A stretch of DNA of 64,000 nt, from assembly GCA_051874735.1 (NCBI GenBank), contig JBJEGD010000003.1, forward strand, positions 1 through 64,000, written 5' to 3'. Made by a program: the position numbers and the translations under genes. A model generated the notes under the pieces. It was not told the origin of the DNA. It ran no database searches and saw only the letters and a program-made list of their open reading frames with translations. Origin of the DNA: Candidatus Bruticola sp. GTDB taxonomy: Bacteria; Vulcanimicrobiota; Xenobia; Xenobiales; Xenobiaceae. This document shows positions 58,521-64,000 of the stretch, piece by piece. Each line of letters opens with the position of its first letter. Positions within the stretch are counted from its first letter, which is position 1.

Positions 58521-61259
58521 ATGGATCCTATTTCTGAATCACATAGCAAGAAAAAAACTTCAGCCTCAGGAGCGATCGATTTTCACATTTACGAACAGCT
58601 CCGCAGCGAAATTCAACACCTTAAACAAGAACTTATTTCCGCTTCTGAACAAAATGTTGATTTGGCCATACAATTGGGGCAGATCGATGAATTGAATGCT
58701 ACAGTTGCTGAAAGAAACAGCAAGATCGCCTTACTAATCGAAGAAGTGGCTACTCTGCGCAACAATATAAACAATCTACAAGAAAGTTTAAATAACGAAA
58801 CTGAACAGGTAAAAAAGTCGAACCAGCGCATTACTGAACTATTGGCTTTAGAAAAAGAACTCAAAGAAAACCTTAAGCAATCGCAAGCAGAGTGTTTTAA
58901 ACTTAAGTCGCAAATTGCAGAGAATCAAGCTTCTATTGCTAATCTGCAAAGTCTGCTAGCTGCCGCCCAAGCTTCCAACGCACGTCATATGGAGGCTTTG
59001 GAGTCTTTGGAAGCCTATATAAGTAAGCCCAAAGAAAATGACCAAGCGACAACTCCTCCCATGCTGCGTTTAAAGAATGCCCTGCAAGAAGTGCTTGGTA
59101 CAGCCGGCCAAGTTATTTTCAGCCGTACTTGCCGCACTCTCAATATAAATGAAGCTAACTTATCCGATTGTTCAGAAGATACTCTCCACAAAGCTGCAGC
59201 CTCTATAATAGCTCCTTCCCTACGTTTATGCCGCAAGGAAGAAACGGTTCAAACTTTCAAAGGGCGTATTAGAGCTATTTGTGCAAAAAATGGTCAGCTC
59301 AGCAGCGATCTACAAAACATGTTAGATAACCCAGGCAAGAGTTCTGTTAAATTATCGACGTCGCCCACAGTCTCTTTGCCATCAACATCAGTTCAAATAC
59401 CAGCTTCAGCCACCACAAAAGAAGAATTAACTGCCCCCGCTTCGGAATCGGTACCGGAGATAGCCTCTACCGCCAGCAGCCATCAGGAAGAAACTCAAAA
59501 TGAGAAGCATCCAGCCGAAGATGAAGTCCAGCAAGATATAGGCCTTTTCGTTCCTTATGCTTACAATACCGTCAGCGATGAAGATGAAGAAACAACAGAA
59601 GCTGAAGACGATCGCGAAAACGAAGTGGAACTGACAGCCCAAGAAGAAGCTACTGAAGACCAAGACGATCGTGAAAAAGAAGCGGAACTGACAGTCCAAG
59701 AAGAAGCTACTGAAAACCAAAACGATCGCGAAAAAGAAGCGGAACTGGCAAGCCAAGAAGAAGCTACTGAAGACCAAAATGATCGCGAAAAAGAAGCGGA
59801 ACTGGCAAGCCAAGAAGAAGCTACTGAAGACCAAAACGATCGCGAAAACGAAGCGGAACTGGCAAGCCAAGAAGAAGCTACTGAAGACCAAGACGATCGT
59901 GAAAACGAAGCGGAACTGACAGTCCAAGAAGAAGCCACTGAAGACCAAAACGATCGCGAAAACGAAGCGGAACTGACAGCCCAAGAAGAAGCCACTGAAG
60001 ACCAAAACGATCGTGAAAACGAAGCGAAACTGACAGCCCAAGAAGAAGCTACTGAAGACCAAGACGATCGCGAAAACGAAGCGGAACTGACAGCCCAAGA
60101 AGAAGCTACTGAAGACCAAGACGATCGCGAAAACGAAGCGGAACTGACAGCCCAAGAAGAAAGCCGCGAAGGGGAAACTTTAGTTCAAACTACTGAAGTA
60201 CCTAATAGAACTTTGTCTAACAAAATGTCCCGTGAATTCAATGAATCTTTTATTGCTGTTCTTGACGGCACTCAGACTAAGTTCCAAGATCATGTTGTCG
60301 ATTTAATTTATAAAATGACTTGGAAACCTGAACAAATTTCCGAAAGAGAGCGTATCTGCGCTCGTCCTAAGCAGATCAACAAACTCTCACAGTCTATTAT
60401 ACGCTCTTCTTTAGATTTCGATCTTGACCAGATAATTGAATGGCTTAATTATTACGTATTGCCTAAGCGCACTGGAACTTATATTCCTGAAGCTAAGCTG
60501 GCCCAAATGAGCAACATACAAGTTCGTCAAGATAATGCGGTTCAAGATCTTCTCACGGTAACTGAAGCTTTAAACAAACGCATATTTAGAAAAGATCGCC
60601 TCAAAATTTTATTCTTTGACGGCCCCAACATGTATTTGAGCTGCACAAAATCTAAAGAGCCTCACATTTATTACAACAATAAAATAGTTGAACTGTTTAA
60701 TCAAGCTCAGCAGACCTTCTTTGCTGCTCGCGCCCTGTTTAGTTTGCAGCGCGGTTATTTTGAAATACAGACCGCTTTAAACTCCCTGAGTGAACAGCCT
60801 GATTACGATCCCGTATCTTTTGGTTCAACCTTGCTGAAGAGAGCTTTATCACTAGCCTCTGAAAAGAAAATCAGCATACCTAAAGACATTGCTGAAGAAG
60901 TCCAGAACGCTTGGAGCTTAGAATCTGAGCAAGAACTGCTCGATCTAACCGAGCGTTGTTGCAAAATCACTAAATTTGCTCAATTTAGTTATATAAAAGA
61001 ACTACTGTCCGTAGAGCATCCGTTCCGACAGAGCATGAATATAGAAGGTGACGCTTTCACTCTGAAATTCTGCAATATATATGATGCTTCTTTAGTTATA
61101 GTTAAATTGCTCAGTGGTACTAAGCGCGCAGATCATCTGGCCCAAAAAGGTTTTGCCGAGCTTTTCTCCGATCGCCATCAACCTCAAACTTATTTGCAAC
61201 AGCGCTTAAGCAATCTTTGGCTTAGTTACTACATAAACGGAGATGAATTTGCTTTCTAG
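58521..61259 (+). CDS. Large coiled-coil protein with acidic 19-aa repeats and a degenerate M48-like C-terminus
   Basis: 912-aa ORF with an N-terminal heptad region, a repeat block and a globular C-terminus. Confidence 0.8.
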   Translation: MDPISESHSKKKTSASGAIDFHIYEQLRSEIQHLKQELISASEQNVDLAIQLGQIDELNATVAERNSKIALLIEEVATLRNNINNLQESLNNETEQVKKSNQRITELLALEKELKENLKQSQAECFKLKSQIAENQASIANLQSLLAAAQASNARHMEALESLEAYISKPKENDQATTPPMLRLKNALQEVLGTAGQVIFSRTCRTLNINEANLSDCSEDTLHKAAASIIAPSLRLCRKEETVQTFKGRIRAICAKNGQLSSDLQNMLDNPGKSSVKLSTSPTVSLPSTSVQIPASATTKEELTAPASESVPEIASTASSHQEETQNEKHPAEDEVQQDIGLFVPYAYNTVSDEDEETTEAEDDRENEVELTAQEEATEDQDDREKEAELTVQEEATENQNDREKEAELASQEEATEDQNDREKEAELASQEEATEDQNDRENEAELASQEEATEDQDDRENEAELTVQEEATEDQNDRENEAELTAQEEATEDQNDRENEAKLTAQEEATEDQDDRENEAELTAQEEATEDQDDRENEAELTAQEESREGETLVQTTEVPNRTLSNKMSREFNESFIAVLDGTQTKFQDHVVDLIYKMTWKPEQISERERICARPKQINKLSQSIIRSSLDFDLDQIIEWLNYYVLPKRTGTYIPEAKLAQMSNIQVRQDNAVQDLLTVTEALNKRIFRKDRLKILFFDGPNMYLSCTKSKEPHIYYNNKIVELFNQAQQTFFAARALFSLQRGYFEIQTALNSLSEQPDYDPVSFGSTLLKRALSLASEKKISIPKDIAEEVQNAWSLESEQELLDLTERCCKITKFAQFSYIKELLSVEHPFRQSMNIEGDAFTLKFCNIYDASLVIVKLLSGTKRADHLAQKGFAELFSDRHQPQTYLQQRLSNLWLSYYINGDEFAF
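59586..60161 (+). repeat. 57-bp in-frame tandem repeat, about 10 copies
   Basis: Unit gaagaagctactgaagaccaaRacgatcgYgaaaaMgaagcggaactg...caa at 59643, 59700 ... 60099 plus a degenerate first copy. Encodes EEATEDQNDRENEAELTAQ. Confidence 0.95.
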
Positions 61260-61324
61260 AGTAGCAATATGAGGAGTTTGCCAAATTCAGATACTGATTA
61301 CTTAAGATAAGACAAAACGTGAAG

Positions 61325-61354
61325 AGGCCCTCCCGAGCATACTCGAGCGGGCCT
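61325..61354. terminator. Hairpin between convergent genes
   Basis: aggccc.c.cgag...ctcgagcgggcct imperfect stem. Confidence 0.5.
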
Positions 61355-61378
61355 ATTTACATTAGTCACATTATATAG

Positions 61379-62302
61379 TTAACTGAAAAGCCAACTGCTT
61401 AAGTAACGCTCACCACAATCTGGCAACAAAGCGACAATACGCTTACCCTTAAATTCAGTACGCTTGCTGAGCTGTAAAGCAGCATAAAGAGCCGCTCCTG
61501 AGCTAATACCTATAAGCAGACCTTCCTGAGAGGCAGCCTGACGAGCTGTCTGACCAGCCTCTTCAGTAGTTATTTTAATCACTTCATCAATTAGTTCAGT
61601 TTTAAGTACATCGGGAATAAATCCGGCACCTATGCCCTGAATTTTATGGGGACCAGGCTTACCTCCGGAAAGTACTGGAGAATCGGCAGGCTCAACTGCA
61701 AAAATTTTAGTCTGAGAATTATATCCTTTTAAGACCTCGCCTACTCCAGTAATAGTGCCGCCCGTACCAACACCGGCCACAAAAGCGTCAACCATACCAT
61801 CAGTATCATTCAAAATTTCTAAAGCGGTAGAATGCTTGTGAATTTCCGGATTTGCCTGATTGCAAAACTGCTGAGGCATAAAGGCATCTGGATTTTCTTT
61901 CATTAACTCCTCTGCCTTTTCAATGGCACCTTTCATACCTTTAGCCCCTTCAGTAAGTACTAATTCGGCTCCGTAAGCAGCTAACAACTTCCGTCGCTCA
62001 ATACTCATAATATCAGGCATTGTCAAAATAAGACGGTAGCCCTTAACAGCAGCAGCCAAAGCTAAACCTATGCCTGTGTTGCCGCTAGTAGGTTCCACAA
62101 TAAGAGTACTAGGCTTAATTTTACCCTCACGCTCAGCAGCTTCAAGCATAGCCAAACCGACACGATCTTTAACACTGCCGCCAGGATTGAAGTATTCGAC
62201 TTTAACTAAAACTTCCGCTCCTCCTTGGTTAAGCTTATTAATACGCACCAAAGGTGTATTGCCTATTTTCTCCAGAATGCTGCGGTAAATTTTTTCTTCC
62301 AT
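61379..62302 (-). CDS. cysK: Cysteine synthase A
   Basis: [32 protein letters not shown] and ERYLS motifs. Confidence 0.96.
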   Translation of the reverse strand: MEEKIYRSILEKIGNTPLVRINKLNQGGAEVLVKVEYFNPGGSVKDRVGLAMLEAAEREGKIKPSTLIVEPTSGNTGIGLALAAAVKGYRLILTMPDIMSIERRKLLAAYGAELVLTEGAKGMKGAIEKAEELMKENPDAFMPQQFCNQANPEIHKHSTALEILNDTDGMVDAFVAGVGTGGTITGVGEVLKGYNSQTKIFAVEPADSPVLSGGKPGPHKIQGIGAGFIPDVLKTELIDEVIKITTEEAGQTARQAASQEGLLIGISSGAALYAALQLSKRTEFKGKRIVALLPDCGERYLSSWLFS

Positions 62303-62432
62303 AATTCGTACCCCTGAAAGATTTCATTTCAAACAGAGATAGTGTAATAAAAACTACTAATTTAGTCAAATTAATTTTAATGATAACATATCAGATAAAA
62401 ACTTGTAAAATATGTATAATTTTACCTAAAAA

Positions 62433-62489
62433 ATAATCTTTGTTATTAATATACTACTAAAAAAGTTGTATATTAATAACAAAGATTAT
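62433..62489. promoter_or_regulatory. Perfect 22-bp inverted repeat, probable Rrf2 operator
   Basis: ataatctttgttattaatatac-N13-gtatattaataacaaagattat between divergent cysK and rrf2. Confidence 0.6.
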
Positions 62490-62511
62490 AACCTGAAAGA
62501 TTTGTAATACT

Positions 62512-62955
62512 ATGAAAATTTCTACCCGAGGGCGCTACGGATTGCGCATTCTGATTGATATTGCTTTATACGATCTAGCTGCTAAACCGCGTATGGTTAA
62601 AGAAATTGCAGATAACCAAGGAATTTCACAAAAGTATGTTAGTCGACTCATTATCGATCTGCGTCGAGCTGGCTTTATCAAATCGGTTAGAGGAGCAGGC
62701 GGCGGCTACCGTTTAGCTCAGCCGCCGCAAAAAATCAGTCTACTCCACATTTTAGAAGTTATGGAAGGTCCAGTGTGCTTAGTCAACTGTACTCCCAACG
62801 GCTCTTTGTGTATACGTTCAACGCTTTGTCCAGCTAAAAATATTTGGCAAGAAATTTCTCAAGAATTGCGCAGCCTTTTCGCTAAATACACTTTACAAGA
62901 TTTTCTCAATCAATATATGGCCAACGGAGAATCATTTTTGGATTACTGTATCTAA
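62512..62955 (+). CDS. Rrf2-family regulator (CymR/IscR-like)
   Basis: MKISTRGRYGLR, SVRGAGGGYRL and a C-terminal Cys cluster (C..C......C.....C). Confidence 0.92.
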   Translation: MKISTRGRYGLRILIDIALYDLAAKPRMVKEIADNQGISQKYVSRLIIDLRRAGFIKSVRGAGGGYRLAQPPQKISLLHILEVMEGPVCLVNCTPNGSLCIRSTLCPAKNIWQEISQELRSLFAKYTLQDFLNQYMANGESFLDYCI

Positions 62956-62992
62956 TGAATACAAGCTTAAAAAAGCTTGCGACTTTTGCAAA

Positions 62993-63035
62993 AAAAATCC
63001 GCTCTTTCTGTCTCAAAAGAAAGCAGCGGATTTTT
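62993..63035. terminator. Bidirectional terminator
   Basis: aaaaatccgct...ctttc...gaaag.agcggattttt between convergent genes. Confidence 0.7.
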
Positions 63036-63051
63036 AATATAACAGGTATAA

Positions 63052-63999
63052 CTACCAGGGGAATAACATTAAAGCTACAGACTTAGTCCAGTAAGCAACC
63101 GCTTGATCGAATTTGCCACGCTGATAGTAAAGCGTACCTAAATTATGGTACACATGCCAGAACTTAGGATTAAGCTGAACAACTTTATCCCATTCTAAAC
63201 ATGCTAGCTCAATCTTGCCCTGCTCTAAATAGGCTTCACCTAAATTATAGTAGGCCTGCCAGTATTGACTATTAATGCCCGCTACTCGCTGCCATTCAAT
63301 AACAGCCGCCTCGATTTGAGCGCGTTGATAATAGTAAGTATTACCTAAATTCCAGTGAGCAGGCCAATGCTGATCTTCAAACTGGACAGTCTTCTGCCAC
63401 TGATTGATAGCTTCATCGAACTGAGAGAGATAAAAGTAGGCATTACCCAAATTATAATGCGCCTGCCAGAATCCGTATTTAGCTTGAGTAGCCTTTTCCC
63501 ATTCAGGAATAGCCAGTTCTACCTCGCCGCGATCGTAATGCAGATTGCCTAAATTATATCTGGCTTCAGCAAATTCGGGATTAACTTCCAGACACTTTTG
63601 CCACAACTCTACAGCACTATCGACCTCACCATCTTCCATCTGCATACTGCCAATATTATATAAGGCGATAGCGAACTGAGGATCTAACTCAAGGGCTTTG
63701 TTCCAGTAGTCTTTGGCCTCTTCTTTGCGCCCCTTGCGATAATAAGCGTTGCCTAAATTGTACAGAACTTCAGCGAACTGAGGATTAAGAATTAAGGCCT
63801 TCTGCCACTCTTCAATAGCAGAATCGAGCTTACCCAAGCGGAAATAGCCATTGCCTAAATTATAATAGGCCGGAGCGAACTTAGGATTTAATACCGTAAC
63901 TGTGCGGTACTCTTCAATAGATTCAGCTATTTCTCCGTTTCTATAGTGAGCTGAACCTAAATTGTAGTGAGCTACAAAGTTATTAGGATTTAAATCGAC
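63052..63999 (-). CDS. TPR-repeat protein, 5' end outside the window
   Basis: 34-aa repeats (A.YNLG..Y...G....A...W). The frame stays open to the window edge. Confidence 0.88.
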   Translation of the reverse strand, partial: VDLNPNNFVAHYNLGSAHYRNGEIAESIEEYRTVTVLNPKFAPAYYNLGNGYFRLGKLDSAIEEWQKALILNPQFAEVLYNLGNAYYRKGRKEEAKDYWNKALELDPQFAIALYNIGSMQMEDGEVDSAVELWQKCLEVNPEFAEARYNLGNLHYDRGEVELAIPEWEKATQAKYGFWQAHYNLGNAYFYLSQFDEAINQWQKTVQFEDQHWPAHWNLGNTYYYQRAQIEAAVIEWQRVAGINSQYWQAYYNLGEAYLEQGKIELACLEWDKVVQLNPKFWHVYHNLGTLYYQRGKFDQAVAYWTKSVALMLFPW

Positions 64000-64000
64000 C

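Noticed and set aside
59427-60155. Antisense hydrophobic ORFs (242 aa and 144 aa) over the repeat
   Set aside because: These are shadow frames produced by a stop-free repeat on the reverse strand.
59586-60161. 57-bp periodic array as a CRISPR array
   Set aside because: Units are contiguous with no unique spacers, in frame within a CDS, and no cas genes are present.

Overview
Mostly housekeeping bacterial chromosome. Gene order is Firmicutes-like (tig-clpP-clpX, tilS-hpt-ftsH, cdaA-cdaR-glmM), alongside TolB-like, PilT and pcnB-type genes. A Terrabacteria lineage such as Eremiobacterota/Vulcanimicrobiota is a weak guess only. The window holds five tRNA genes, a TPP riboswitch, c-di-GMP and c-di-AMP signalling genes, four paralogous SGNH-like proteins and a 57-bp coding tandem repeat. 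No integrase, transposase or CRISPR array was seen. The standout is a tightly coupled six-gene minus-strand cassette (43907-52153) starting 6 bp after glmM. It encodes two paralogous unknown proteins, three BrxD/DUF2791-like P-loop ATPases (one with an N-terminal PcrA/UvrD Tudor-like motif) and an Lhr-like SF2 helicase with an atypical EELH motif II. It shares the ATPase+helicase core of Shango and BREX type 2 but lacks TerB, PglX and PglZ, so it is a candidate undescribed defence or DNA-processing system. Other notable items: a TPP riboswitch before an unknown UVR-motif protein, a likely tRNA-Ile2 directly ahead of tilS, a degenerate hpt paralogue, and a candidate structured leader RNA before a serA-like gene. 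All family assignments come from motif recognition by eye, with no database searches.
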